64,000 nucleotides of DNA from an uncultured Pikeienuella sp. (lineage in GTDB: Bacteria > Pseudomonadota > Alphaproteobacteria > Rhodobacterales > Rhodobacteraceae), in the NCBI GenBank assembly GCA_965659735.1, contig CBFHXH010000008.1, forward strand, positions 74 through 64,073, written 5' to 3'. Below, piece after piece: positions 38,820 to 48,857 of this stretch (its first letter is position 1; each line of letters opens with the position of its first letter). The notes beneath the pieces are model-generated. The model saw only the letters and a list, made by a program, of their open reading frames with translations, ran no database searches and was not told the origin of the DNA. The position numbers and the translations under genes are program-made.

Positions 38820-40181
38820 TTATTTCAAGCCCGGCGTTCCATCGAACTTTTTCTCAAGCCCGTCCCAGCAGTCGATGTAACCGTCCTGGATCGGCGCTTC
38901 TTTTGCCGCGAACTCGGTCAGTTGCTGTGGGAAGCGGGTTTCGAACATGAAGCTCATCGTGTTCTTCAGCTTGATCGGATCCCAGCTGTCGGTCGTGGCC
39001 TTTTCGAACGCATTGTTGTCGGGACCATGCGGCAGCATGCAGTTGTGAAGACTGATCCCACCGGGCGCAAAGCCCTGCGGTTTCGCGTCGTACTGGCCGT
39101 AAATGTTGCCCATCAGCTCGGACATGATGTTCTTGTGGTACCAGGGCGGGCGGAACGTATCTTCTTGCGGCAACCAGCGTTCGGGGAAGATGACGAAATC
39201 AATGTTTGCCGTGCCTTCTTCGGCCGTTGGCGCCGTCAGCACGGTAAAGATTGATGGATCTGGGTGGTCGAACGTAATCGACCCAACCGCGGCGTAGGTT
39301 CTGAGATCGTATTTGTAAGGCGCGTAGTTGCCGTGCCAGGCAACGACATCCAGTGGCGAATGGCCAATCTCGCAGGTATGAAATTCGCCGCACCATTTCA
39401 CCGTGACGCGGCAAAGCGTTTCCTTTTCCTCAAACGCGGCGACCGGCGTTTTGAAGTCGCGCGGGTTGGCCAGGCAGTTGGCGCCGATGGGCCCACGGCC
39501 CGGTAGCGTGAACTTCGCACCGTAATTCTCACAGATGAATCCTCGCGCCTCTCCATCCGGCAGGGTGACCTTGAAGGCCATGCCGCGGGGCAGGATGCAG
39601 ATTTCTAAAGGCTCAAGGTCGATCTTGCCAAATTCGGTAAAGATGGCGAGCCGGCCATGCTGCGGCACGACCAAAAGTTCGCTATCAGCAGAATAGAAAT
39701 AGTCGTCCACCATATCTTCGTTGGCGAGATAAACGTGGGAGGCCATGCCAACCTGCGTATAGACGTCGCCCGCAGTGGTGATGGTCCGCATGCCTGTGAC
39801 AAAGGTCAGCTTTTCTTCGGGAAACGGCGTCGGATCCCACCGGTACTGGCCGAGCGAGATAACATCCTTCACCACGTTCGGCGCTGATTTCCAGTACGGC
39901 ATGTCGACCTTGGTGAAGCGGGATGTGTGCTTTACCGATGGCCGGATACGATACATCCACGACCGCTCCAGCGTCGCGTTCGGAGCCGTAAACGGAGAGC
40001 CCGACAGTTGTTCGGCGTAGAGGCCATAATTCACCCGCTGCGGGGAATTGCGGCCCTGAGGGATGGCGCCGGGCAGCGCCTCAGTCTCAAAATCATTGCC
40101 AAAGCCGGGCATATAACCAGGGGTGACGCCATAGCGGCTGTCATGCGCGACAAAGCCGTCAGAATCGGTTTGCTTGTTCAT
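38820..40181 (-). CDS. hmgA: Homogentisate 1,2-dioxygenase
   Basis: [58 protein letters not shown] motifs; start ATG 40181. Confidence 0.97.
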   Translation of the reverse strand: MNKQTDSDGFVAHDSRYGVTPGYMPGFGNDFETEALPGAIPQGRNSPQRVNYGLYAEQLSGSPFTAPNATLERSWMYRIRPSVKHTSRFTKVDMPYWKSAPNVVKDVISLGQYRWDPTPFPEEKLTFVTGMRTITTAGDVYTQVGMASHVYLANEDMVDDYFYSADSELLVVPQHGRLAIFTEFGKIDLEPLEICILPRGMAFKVTLPDGEARGFICENYGAKFTLPGRGPIGANCLANPRDFKTPVAAFEEKETLCRVTVKWCGEFHTCEIGHSPLDVVAWHGNYAPYKYDLRTYAAVGSITFDHPDPSIFTVLTAPTAEEGTANIDFVIFPERWLPQEDTFRPPWYHKNIMSELMGNIYGQYDAKPQGFAPGGISLHNCMLPHGPDNNAFEKATTDSWDPIKLKNTMSFMFETRFPQQLTEFAAKEAPIQDGYIDCWDGLEKKFDGTPGLK

Positions 40182-40208
40182 CACAACATCCTTGCAAAGC
40201 TTGGATGT

Positions 40209-40238
40209 TTTATATCGTTGCAAATGCAACGAGGTCAA
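40209..40238 (-). promoter_or_regulatory. hmgA sigma70-type promoter with palindromic operator in the spacer
   Basis: TTGACC-N18-TATAAA on the minus strand. The spacer holds the perfect inverted repeat TCGTTGCA-aa-TGCAACGA (40215-40232). Confidence 0.7.
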
Positions 40239-40318
40239 TGCACTCTCATAATATCGGCCGTCTGCCTGATCAGGTATTCAAAGAAGCGCTCTGATGCTGC
40301 GCAATTATTGCTCAACGG

Positions 40319-41446
40319 TCAGGCATTGGATTTCCCAGCCAGGTAAGCTGACACCCGCGCCAGGCCTGCTTTCAGTATCTCCGGCCCGTTGGCGTAACCG
40401 ATCCGCACATACCCTTCGACGCCCAGGGCCGAGCCGGGTGTAAACATGACCCCGGTTTGGCCCAATAGGTCGATACACAGGTCGCGCGACGGGATTGGCA
40501 GATCATATTTCAGCAAGGCTGTCGTACCTGATCGCGGCTTCACCCAGGTGATCAGAGGTTCCGCTTCAACCCAATCGGACAGGATTGAAAGATTGCCGCG
40601 TGTGATCTTCTGACTGCGGGCAAGCAGCTTGTCGCGGTTTTCCAATGCAAGCGCAGCGAAATGGTCATCAATCACCCCGACCGAAATCGTGTCGTAGTCG
40701 CGGTGAATGATGATCTGCTCAATTACATCAACCGGCGCTGCAGCCCACCCAAGACGCAGACCGGCGAGAGAATAGGCTTTGGACATGCCAGCCGTGCTGA
40801 CGCCTTTCTCGTAGATGTCAGCGATGCTGTCGGTCATGCCGTCACCGTGCTGATCCGTACCGCGATAGACTTCGTCGCATAGGATGTAGGCGTCGACGCT
40901 GCGGGCGATGTCAGCAATCTCTTCCAACATTGAGCGATCGATGAGGGCGCCAGTTGGATTGTTGGGGTTGGTCAGCGCGATCAAACGGGTTTTGTCACGG
41001 ACCATCCCGCGCAAGGCGTCCAGATCTGGAAGGAACTGGTGTTCCTCCCGTAGGTGAAGCTGCTGAACCTCGGCACCAATGCTTTCAGGTATCGAGTAAT
41101 GCTGCTGGTAGGTTGGCGTCACGGCTACGACATGATCGCCCGCGGACACAAGCGCCTTGTGAACCAGCATATTCGCGCCAATCGTGCCATGTGTGACAAT
41201 CACATTTTCCCACGACTGATCGCGGTATAGCGAGGCAATGGCGTCGCGCAGGCGATCAGACCCCTCGATGGCGCCGTAGGTCATCTTCATCGGCAACATC
41301 TCAGACAGGTCAGCGCTGTTCTTGCCGGACAGCTGCAAGAGCTGATCAATGGTCAGGCTTTCAACGCATGTCTCAGCGAGGTTCAGCTCGCACTTCGTTT
41401 CCCACTCATTCATCCACATCTCGACGCCGAACGGTGTGATTTTCAC
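40319..41446 (-). CDS. Class I/II PLP aminotransferase
   Basis: LNLAETCV, NPNNPTG, DEVYRG, MSKAYSLAGLRLGW motifs. Confidence 0.9.
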   Translation of the reverse strand: MKITPFGVEMWMNEWETKCELNLAETCVESLTIDQLLQLSGKNSADLSEMLPMKMTYGAIEGSDRLRDAIASLYRDQSWENVIVTHGTIGANMLVHKALVSAGDHVVAVTPTYQQHYSIPESIGAEVQQLHLREEHQFLPDLDALRGMVRDKTRLIALTNPNNPTGALIDRSMLEEIADIARSVDAYILCDEVYRGTDQHGDGMTDSIADIYEKGVSTAGMSKAYSLAGLRLGWAAAPVDVIEQIIIHRDYDTISVGVIDDHFAALALENRDKLLARSQKITRGNLSILSDWVEAEPLITWVKPRSGTTALLKYDLPIPSRDLCIDLLGQTGVMFTPGSALGVEGYVRIGYANGPEILKAGLARVSAYLAGKSNA

Positions 41447-41679
41447 GCAAAGACTCCCCCAAAAGGCCGCCGGATGAAGCCCGGCATGGATATTTGACTA
41501 GGCGCTTAAGGTCTGGTCCACAAGCGATAGTCGCAACCACACAGGTGCGCCGTAACAAGGTGCACCAATGTCATGCGCATATTTGCGCCAAACACATGAA
41601 TCATAGCTAAATTGGTATTTGTGTCGCAGGCTTTTTCGCCGCATCGTTTCTTCAGTCATGTGGAGCGGAATGAGTAGCC

Positions 41680-43476
41680 ATGAAACCAACTGACATGGGC
41701 GATCCGGCCTATTTTCATAAGGTCGTAGATTGCCAGTGGGCTTGCCCGGCACATACGCCAGTGCCCGAATACATTCGCCTGATTGCAGAGCGGCGATATA
41801 CTGAAGCCTTCCTGATCAACTGGGAATCCAACGTCTTCCCCGGCGTTCTGGGCCGCACATGCGACCGACCGTGTGAACCTGCGTGCCGACGCGGAAGGGT
41901 CGATGAAAAACCAGTTGCGATTTGTCGGTTGAAACGCGTTGCGGCGGACTATGCCGATGACGTCAGTCATATCATTCCCAAGGCGCCAGAGGTCGGCAAC
42001 GGCAAGCGCGTTCTGCTGATCGGCGCTGGTCCCGCTTCGTTGACCGTCGCGCGTGATCTGGTTCCGCTTGGCTATGACGTCACGCTGATTGAGCGCACGC
42101 CAACCGGTGGTGGGCTGATGCGGTTCAACATCCCGTCCTTCAGGCTGCCCGACAACGTGCTGGATGAAGAGGTCGACCGCATTCTCGATATGGGGGTGAA
42201 AACCCGTTTTGGTGAAGAAATCACATCGCTCAAAGCCGTATTGGATGACGGATGGGACGCTGTTTTTGTCGGAACAGGCGCGCCGCGCGGCAAAGACCTT
42301 AAAGTGACGGGCCGTGATGCGGCGGCTGACAACCTTTATCTTGGCATCGACTTCCTCAAATCGGTCGCGTTCAAGCATGTCGACACCATCGGCAAAAGCG
42401 TCGTAGTCATCGGCGGCGGCAACACGGCGATGGATTGCTGCCGCACCGCCCTGCGGCTGGGCGCAGAAAACGTCACGGTGACCGTGCGTTCGCCCCGCGC
42501 GGATATGAAGGCGTCTGATTGGGAAATCGAAGATGCTGAGCGGGAGGGCATACCCATCCTCGACAACCATTCACCCAAGGAATTCCTGACTGAGAATGGA
42601 AGGTTGACGGGTGTTGTCTTTGAAAAAATGCGCGCCGAATACACCGATGGCGGGCGCAAGCTGATCCCGACCGGCGAGGAAGTGACCATCGAATGCGATG
42701 ACGTTCTGATGGCGGTTGGTCAGGAGAACGCATTCCCCTGGATTGAACGTGACATCGGGATCGATTTCAACGAGTGGGACCAGCCCGTCGTCGACAAGAC
42801 CACCTTCATGTCGACGCGTCCTGGCGTCTTCTTTGGCGGCGACGCCGCCTGGGGGCCCGAAAACATCATCTGGGCCGTGGCGCATGGCCATCAGGCCGCA
42901 ATCTCGATCGACCTGCATTGCAGCGGCGAGGAACTGATCAATCGCCCGCCGCCCATGACAACGCTGATCAGCCAGAAAATGGGGATCCACGAATGGTCGT
43001 TCGATAACGACGTGTCCCTGCTGGACCGGCAAGCGGTGCCGCATGTCGACAACGAAAGGGCGTTGAAGGATCTGACGCTGGAAGTTGAGCTTGGCTATGA
43101 CGAACGCCTCGCGTTAGAAGAGGCTCAACGCTGCCTGAACTGTGACGTCCAGACGGTGTTCGAAGACAAGCTTTGCATCGAATGCGACGCCTGCATGGAT
43201 ATCTGTCCGGTAGACTGCATCAACTTCGTCGAAAATGAAGAAGAAGAAGCGCTGCGGCCTGCTCTGCGCGTACCCGCGGAAAACACCCATCAGGCGCTTT
43301 ACGTTTCGGGCGAACTGAACACCGGCCGCGTCATGGTGAAGGACGAAGACATGTGCCTTCACTGCTCGCTCTGTGCAGAACGGTGCCCGACAGGCGCCTG
43401 GGACATGCAGAAATTCACCTATGTCGAAGCCAAGACCCATTCCGGGTTGGTTGAGGAGGCGTCGGATGCAGCCTGA
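41680..43476 (+). CDS. GltD-like FAD/NAD(P)H oxidoreductase with C-terminal 2x[4Fe-4S] domain (KorC-like)
   Basis: CQWACP, CDRPCEPAC, IGAGPAS, IGGGNTAMD, RCLNC, CIECDACMDICP and CLHCSLCAERCP motifs. Confidence 0.9.
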   Translation: MKPTDMGDPAYFHKVVDCQWACPAHTPVPEYIRLIAERRYTEAFLINWESNVFPGVLGRTCDRPCEPACRRGRVDEKPVAICRLKRVAADYADDVSHIIPKAPEVGNGKRVLLIGAGPASLTVARDLVPLGYDVTLIERTPTGGGLMRFNIPSFRLPDNVLDEEVDRILDMGVKTRFGEEITSLKAVLDDGWDAVFVGTGAPRGKDLKVTGRDAAADNLYLGIDFLKSVAFKHVDTIGKSVVVIGGGNTAMDCCRTALRLGAENVTVTVRSPRADMKASDWEIEDAEREGIPILDNHSPKEFLTENGRLTGVVFEKMRAEYTDGGRKLIPTGEEVTIECDDVLMAVGQENAFPWIERDIGIDFNEWDQPVVDKTTFMSTRPGVFFGGDAAWGPENIIWAVAHGHQAAISIDLHCSGEELINRPPPMTTLISQKMGIHEWSFDNDVSLLDRQAVPHVDNERALKDLTLEVELGYDERLALEEAQRCLNCDVQTVFEDKLCIECDACMDICPVDCINFVENEEEEALRPALRVPAENTHQALYVSGELNTGRVMVKDEDMCLHCSLCAERCPTGAWDMQKFTYVEAKTHSGLVEEASDAA

Positions 43477-45304
43477 ACGCGTCTATAATGATTTTGTTCT
43501 GAAATTCGCCAATGTGAACGGGTCGGGGTCCGCTTCGGCCAACCTTTTATGCGCCAAGGCGCTGTTTCGCATGGGCGTGCCCGTTGCGGCGAAGAACATA
43601 TTTCCTTCGAACATTCAGGGCTTGCCGACCTGGTACGAAATCCGCGCGTCAGATGCAGGACACCTCGCCCGGCGGGAGGGTATCGACATAATGGTAGCGA
43701 TGAACCCACAGTCATACGCGCAGGACGTTGCTGAAATCGTGCCCGGCGGCGCAATGATCTACGACAGCAGCCGCGAGCGTGAGTTCGGGCGCGCAGACAT
43801 TCAGGTCATCGGCATTCCCATCGCGCGGATGTGCGCGGACGAATGGTCCAATCCACGCCAGCGCCAGTTGTTCAAGAACATGGTCTATCTGGGCGCCCTA
43901 ATCCACTTGATCGACCTTGATGGCGATGTCATCGAGGCGGCCCTCGCTGACCAGTTCAAAGGCAAGGAAAAGCTGGTCGCGCCAAACGTCAAAGCGCTGC
44001 ATATGGGCCGCGATTACATGGTCGAAATCAGCGCACCCAAACTGCGCTGCGCCGCCCGCCCGTCTGACAAGACCGACGGCAAGATCATGATTCAGGGGAA
44101 TGAAGCCGCTGGCATCGGATGCGTTTTCGCCGGCGCAACCGTTGCGTCCTGGTATCCGATCACGCCCTCAACCTCGCTGGTGGAGGGGTTTGAGAAACAC
44201 GCCGACAAGCTGCGCATTGACGACAAGGGCCGGATGAACGCTGCAATTGTGCAGGCCGAGGATGAGTTGAGCGCCGTCGGCATGGCGATTGGCGCCGCCT
44301 GGAACGGCGCACGATCGTTCACCGCAACATCTGGCCCGGGCATTTCCTTGATGGGAGAATTCATCGGCCTCGCTTATTTCGCGGAAATACCGTTGGTCCT
44401 GTTCGACATCCAGCGTGGCGGGCCATCGACCGGTATGCCGACTAGGACGCAACAATCGGATCTGCTGGCCTGCGCTTACGCCAGCCATGGCGACACCGGC
44501 CATATCATGCTGCTGCCTGGCGATCCGAAGGAATGCTTTGAAATGGCCGCCGACGCCTTCGATGCAGCGGAACGCTATCAGACGCCCGTGTTTGTGATGT
44601 CAGATCTAGACATCGGCATGAACGACTGGGTGGTGGATGAGCTAAACTGGGATGATAACCGCAAGTTTGATCGCGGCAAGGTCATGGACGCAGAGATGCT
44701 GGATACGATGGACTTCGCCCGCTACCGCGATGTCGATGGTGATGGCATCCCATATCGCACCTATCCTGGCACGCATCCTGAAAAGGGCAGCTATTTTACC
44801 CGCGGCACGTCCCACACTGACACTGGGGCATACACCGAAGATGGCCTTGTCCACGCTGAAACGCTGAGCCGGATCAAGCGCAAGATCAACGCCGCCGCCG
44901 CCGCGCTTCCCAAGCCAGTTCTGCATCCGGCAGGACCTGAAACTCGGTTGGGGATTATTAACTTTGGTTCTACCACACTGGCGGTTGAGGAAGGGCAAAG
45001 CCTGCTCGCGGCGGACAATCTCGCCTTTGATCACTTGCGTGTCAGGGCCTTTCCCTTCGCCAATGAGGTAAAGGAGTTTTGCGCGCTGAATGACCATATC
45101 TTTGTCATCGAGCAGAACCGTGACGCGCAGATGCGCCAGCTTTTGATTATTGAAGGTGAGATTTCACCTGAGAAGCTGATCGCTGTCACCAATTGGGACG
45201 GGATGCCGCTGACGGCGCAGTTCGTCCGCGATGAAATCCTGAAACGACTGGCGCGCATGCCCGGCTACGAAGCCGCGCTCGCCGATCGTATTCCTGCTGA
45301 ATAA
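43466..45304 (+). CDS. korA: 2-oxoacid:ferredoxin oxidoreductase alpha subunit
   Basis: ANVNGSGS, YPITPS, QAEDE, TATSGPG, QRGGPSTGMPT motifs; start ATG 43466 with GAGGAGG. Confidence 0.9.
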   Translation: MQPERVYNDFVLKFANVNGSGSASANLLCAKALFRMGVPVAAKNIFPSNIQGLPTWYEIRASDAGHLARREGIDIMVAMNPQSYAQDVAEIVPGGAMIYDSSREREFGRADIQVIGIPIARMCADEWSNPRQRQLFKNMVYLGALIHLIDLDGDVIEAALADQFKGKEKLVAPNVKALHMGRDYMVEISAPKLRCAARPSDKTDGKIMIQGNEAAGIGCVFAGATVASWYPITPSTSLVEGFEKHADKLRIDDKGRMNAAIVQAEDELSAVGMAIGAAWNGARSFTATSGPGISLMGEFIGLAYFAEIPLVLFDIQRGGPSTGMPTRTQQSDLLACAYASHGDTGHIMLLPGDPKECFEMAADAFDAAERYQTPVFVMSDLDIGMNDWVVDELNWDDNRKFDRGKVMDAEMLDTMDFARYRDVDGDGIPYRTYPGTHPEKGSYFTRGTSHTDTGAYTEDGLVHAETLSRIKRKINAAAAALPKPVLHPAGPETRLGIINFGSTTLAVEEGQSLLAADNLAFDHLRVRAFPFANEVKEFCALNDHIFVIEQNRDAQMRQLLIIEGEISPEKLIAVTNWDGMPLTAQFVRDEILKRLARMPGYEAALADRIPAE

Positions 45305-45315
45305 GGGGCTGATCC

Positions 45316-46371
45316 ATGACCCATATCGCCAAACCGAAATTTCGCCATCCGAACGCCAAGACAAATTCCGCCGGGCTGACCCGACGCGATTATGAAGGGG
45401 TGATTTCAACCCTCTGCGCCGGATGCGGCCATGACAGCGTCACGGCGGCAATCGTCGAAGCCTGCTTTGAACTGGAATTACCCGCCCACCGCGTCGCCAA
45501 GATGTCGGGGATTGGCTGTTCGTCAAAAACCACGAACTACTTCCTGAACCGCAGCCATGGCTTCAACTCTGTCCACGGGCGCATGCCTGCGGTCACCACC
45601 GGGGCGAACCTGGCCAATAGCGAGCTGCTTTACATGGGCATCTCGGGCGATGGCGATACTGCTTCCATCGGGATGGGGCAGTTCGTGCACGCAGTGCGAC
45701 GGCGGCTGAACATGGTCTATATCTGCGAGAACAATGGCACCTACGGCCTGACCAAGGGCCAGTTTTCCGCAACAAATGACAAGATCAGCCAGAACCGCCG
45801 CGGCATCGACACGCCGTTTGACGCCATCGACCTCTGCAACCTGGCGATTGAGCTTGGCGCCGGTTTCGTCGCCCGCGCCTTTTCCGGCGACAAAGCGCAG
45901 GTTGTGCCGCTGATCAAGGCCGCGATCAACTATCACGGCTTTGCCTTCATCGACATCATCTCGCCCTGCGTGACGTTCAACAACCACGCCAAGTCGACCA
46001 AATCTTACGAATATGTCCGCGACCACAACGCGGTTGTCGGGCGGCTGGATCTTGTGCCCAACCGCAAGGAAATCAAGGTCGACTATGAACCCGGTACGGT
46101 CGCCGAGGTAACGATGCACAATGGGTCAGAGGTGCTGCTGCGCAAGCTCGACCAGGACTATGACCCGACCGACGCCAAGAACGCCCTTCCAGTGCTGGAA
46201 AAATACAAGCAGCGAAATGAGGTCGCGACCGGCATCCTATATTACGACGACGCCGAGGTTGATCTACACGATCTCATCAATACCTCGCACCGACCGCTGA
46301 ACGCCCTGCCGCAGGAAGAACTGTGCCCCGGGTCAGACGCGCTGGCGAAGATCAACGCGTCGAAACGCTGA
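45316..46371 (+). CDS. korB: 2-oxoacid:ferredoxin oxidoreductase beta subunit
   Basis: LCAGCGH, SGIGCSSK, HGRM, SGDGD (TPP), NGTYGLTKGQ, ISPCVTFN motifs. Confidence 0.92.
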   Translation: MTHIAKPKFRHPNAKTNSAGLTRRDYEGVISTLCAGCGHDSVTAAIVEACFELELPAHRVAKMSGIGCSSKTTNYFLNRSHGFNSVHGRMPAVTTGANLANSELLYMGISGDGDTASIGMGQFVHAVRRRLNMVYICENNGTYGLTKGQFSATNDKISQNRRGIDTPFDAIDLCNLAIELGAGFVARAFSGDKAQVVPLIKAAINYHGFAFIDIISPCVTFNNHAKSTKSYEYVRDHNAVVGRLDLVPNRKEIKVDYEPGTVAEVTMHNGSEVLLRKLDQDYDPTDAKNALPVLEKYKQRNEVATGILYYDDAEVDLHDLINTSHRPLNALPQEELCPGSDALAKINASKR

Positions 46372-46399
46372 TTGAAATCGCCGGCGGCGGGAATGCGCC

Positions 46400-48037
46400 C
46401 TAATTGCCGGCGCTTTCCATTTTGCGAGTGGAGATGACATCCTCCAACCATCCAAGCCGCATCTCTGGCACAGACGATAGCAGCAGGTCAGTATAGTCGT
46501 CGAAAGGCGGGCTCAGGACCTGCGATTTTGCGCCATACCGAACAACCTCGCCCTGGAACATCACCGCGATGCTGTCTGCGATGGCCTTCACCGTCGCCAA
46601 ATCATGCGTAATGAACAGATAGGCGACATCTTCCCGTTTCTGCAGATCCAGCAGCAGCTTAAGGATGCCGTCGGCGACAAGCGGATCGAGCGCTGATGTG
46701 ACTTCATCGCAGATGATCAGCTTCGGCTTTGCCGCCAACGCGCGGGCGATGCAGACGCGCTGCTTCTGACCACCTGACAGTTCTGCCGGGTAGCGGTCGA
46801 TAAAGCCGTTCCCAAGCTCAATCTCGTCCAGCAGTTCCTGCACCCGGCGCGTTTTTTCCGACCCGCGCAGGCCAAAATAAAACTCGAGCGGGCGACCAAT
46901 GATCGTCCTGATCGTCTGACGCGGATTCATCGCAACGTCGGCCATCTGGTAAATCATCTGCAATTCGCGCAAGTCTTCCTTGGTGCGTTCTGGCAGCGAT
47001 GGCGGCAAAGTCCGCCCATCGAATACCGTCTTGCCCGCGCTTGGCGGCAAGAGGCCGGTGATCACGCGCGCAAGCGTTGACTTGCCGGAACCGCTTTCCC
47101 CCACCACAGCCAGCGTCTGGCCGGGGTGAATTTCGACGTTCACGTTCTTCAGCACATCCAGCGGAGCGTTCTTGTAACGGGCGGTGACCCCTTCCACCGT
47201 CAGAATAGGATCAGGCGACGGCGCCTTTTCTTCGTGATCGATGGACCGAACTGAAACCAGCGCCTGCGTGTAGTCCATCGCAGGCCGGTTAATGATCTGA
47301 TCGGTTTCGCCATACTCAACCATTTTGCCATGGCGCAGCACCATGATGTGGTCGCTAACTTGCGCCACAACCGCAAGGTCATGTGTGATGTAAAGCGCGG
47401 CGACGCCCGTATCACGGATCGCGTCTTTGATGGCCGCCAGCACGTCGATCTGCGTAGTCACATCCAGCGCCGTGGTCGGTTCGTCAAAAACCACCAAATC
47501 AGGTTCAGGGCACAGCGCCAGCGCCGTCATCGCGCGCTGTAGCTGGCCGCCCGACACCTGATGCGGAAAACGTGATCCGAAATTGTCCGGGTCTGGCAGG
47601 CCCAGCTTGCGGAACAATTCTACCGCCCGCGCCTCAGCCTCTTTGCGCGAATGCCAGCCATGGGCCAGCGTCGCTTCGACAATTTGCTCCATCAGGCGTT
47701 TGGCGGGGTTGAAGGCGGCGGCGGCGGATTGGGCGACATAGGTGACCTCAGCGCCGCGTAATTTGCGCAAACCGCCGGTCCCATCCGCCCGGATATCCCG
47801 ACCGTTGATTTTGATCTTGCCGCCCGTGATCCGCACGCCGCCACGGCCATAGGCCATCGCAGACAGGCCAATGGTCGATTTCCCGGCGCCAGATTCGCCG
47901 ATCAGGCCAAGCACCTTGCCCTTTTCAACGGCGAAAGAGACGTCCTCAACAATCGTGATTTCCTGTGGCGGCTCGCCCGGCGGATAAGCCGTCGCTTCAA
48001 TCTTGAGGCCAGTGACGTCCAGTAGAATATCAGCCAC
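46400..48037 (-). CDS. ABC transporter ATP-binding protein, fused double NBD (Dpp/Opp type)
   Basis: Two GESG(A/S)GKS Walker A motifs and two SGGQ signature motifs. Confidence 0.95.
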   Translation of the reverse strand: MADILLDVTGLKIEATAYPPGEPPQEITIVEDVSFAVEKGKVLGLIGESGAGKSTIGLSAMAYGRGGVRITGGKIKINGRDIRADGTGGLRKLRGAEVTYVAQSAAAAFNPAKRLMEQIVEATLAHGWHSRKEAEARAVELFRKLGLPDPDNFGSRFPHQVSGGQLQRAMTALALCPEPDLVVFDEPTTALDVTTQIDVLAAIKDAIRDTGVAALYITHDLAVVAQVSDHIMVLRHGKMVEYGETDQIINRPAMDYTQALVSVRSIDHEEKAPSPDPILTVEGVTARYKNAPLDVLKNVNVEIHPGQTLAVVGESGSGKSTLARVITGLLPPSAGKTVFDGRTLPPSLPERTKEDLRELQMIYQMADVAMNPRQTIRTIIGRPLEFYFGLRGSEKTRRVQELLDEIELGNGFIDRYPAELSGGQKQRVCIARALAAKPKLIICDEVTSALDPLVADGILKLLLDLQKREDVAYLFITHDLATVKAIADSIAVMFQGEVVRYGAKSQVLSPPFDDYTDLLLSSVPEMRLGWLEDVISTRKMESAGN

Positions 48038-48848
48038 CCCGGCCCCCTTTCAGCGACGTCGTCCGGTTCAGAACCCAGTCAGCGACCAGATTGACCGAGA
48101 TCGCCAGCGTCGCAATCGCGATGGCCGGGACCAGTGCCGCCGGGATGCCATAGACGATGCCATCCTTGTTCTCCTTCACGATCCCACCCCAGTCCGCGGC
48201 GGGCGGCTGGATGCCGAGGCCAAGGAAGGAAAGGGTAGATACAAAAAGGACCATGAAGATGAACCGCAGACCCATTTCCGCGACCAGTGGCGACAGGGCG
48301 TTTGGCAGGATTTCGCGGAAGATGATCCAGCCGACCTTTTCACCGCGAAGTCGCGCTGCCTCCACATAGTCCATTACGTTGATGTCCACAGCCACGGCGC
48401 GGGCCAGGCGGAAGACGCGAGTGCTGTCCAAAAGACCCATCAGGACGATCAGAACAGGGACCGTCACCGGCATCACTGACAGAACAACCAGCGCAAAGAT
48501 CAGCGTAGGTAGTGAGATGATGAGGTCGATGAACCGGCTCAGCGCCTGATCGACCCAGCCGCCGGTTACCGCCGCCGCAAACCCGAGGATTGAGCCGGTG
48601 GTAAAGGACAGCAATGTAGCTGAGGCGGCGATAAAGATCGTCGTCTGCCCGCCAAAGATCATACGGCTGAGAAGATCGCGGCCAATATTGTCCGTGCCCA
48701 AAAGGTGCTCCGCCGACGAAGGCTCCCACACATCGCCAACGACTTCGGCGACACCATAAGGGGCGATCAGTTGCGCAAATATCGCCCCCAGAAAGTAGAG
48801 CGAGGTGAAGAACAGTCCGATAAGGGCGCTGATGGGAATATTTCGCAT
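48030..48848 (-). CDS. ABC transporter permease (DppC-like)
   Basis: LLGTDNIGRD, EAARLRGE, EILPNA, LSFLGLGIQPP motifs. Confidence 0.95.
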   Translation of the reverse strand: MRNIPISALIGLFFTSLYFLGAIFAQLIAPYGVAEVVGDVWEPSSAEHLLGTDNIGRDLLSRMIFGGQTTIFIAASATLLSFTTGSILGFAAAVTGGWVDQALSRFIDLIISLPTLIFALVVLSVMPVTVPVLIVLMGLLDSTRVFRLARAVAVDINVMDYVEAARLRGEKVGWIIFREILPNALSPLVAEMGLRFIFMVLFVSTLSFLGLGIQPPAADWGGIVKENKDGIVYGIPAALVPAIAIATLAISVNLVADWVLNRTTSLKGGRGG

Positions 48849-48857
48849 CGCTCCCTA

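Noticed and set aside
41447-41679. FNR, RegA or NtrC sites upstream of the kor operon
   Set aside because: Only partial half-sites with wrong spacing; no TTGAT-N4-ATCAA.
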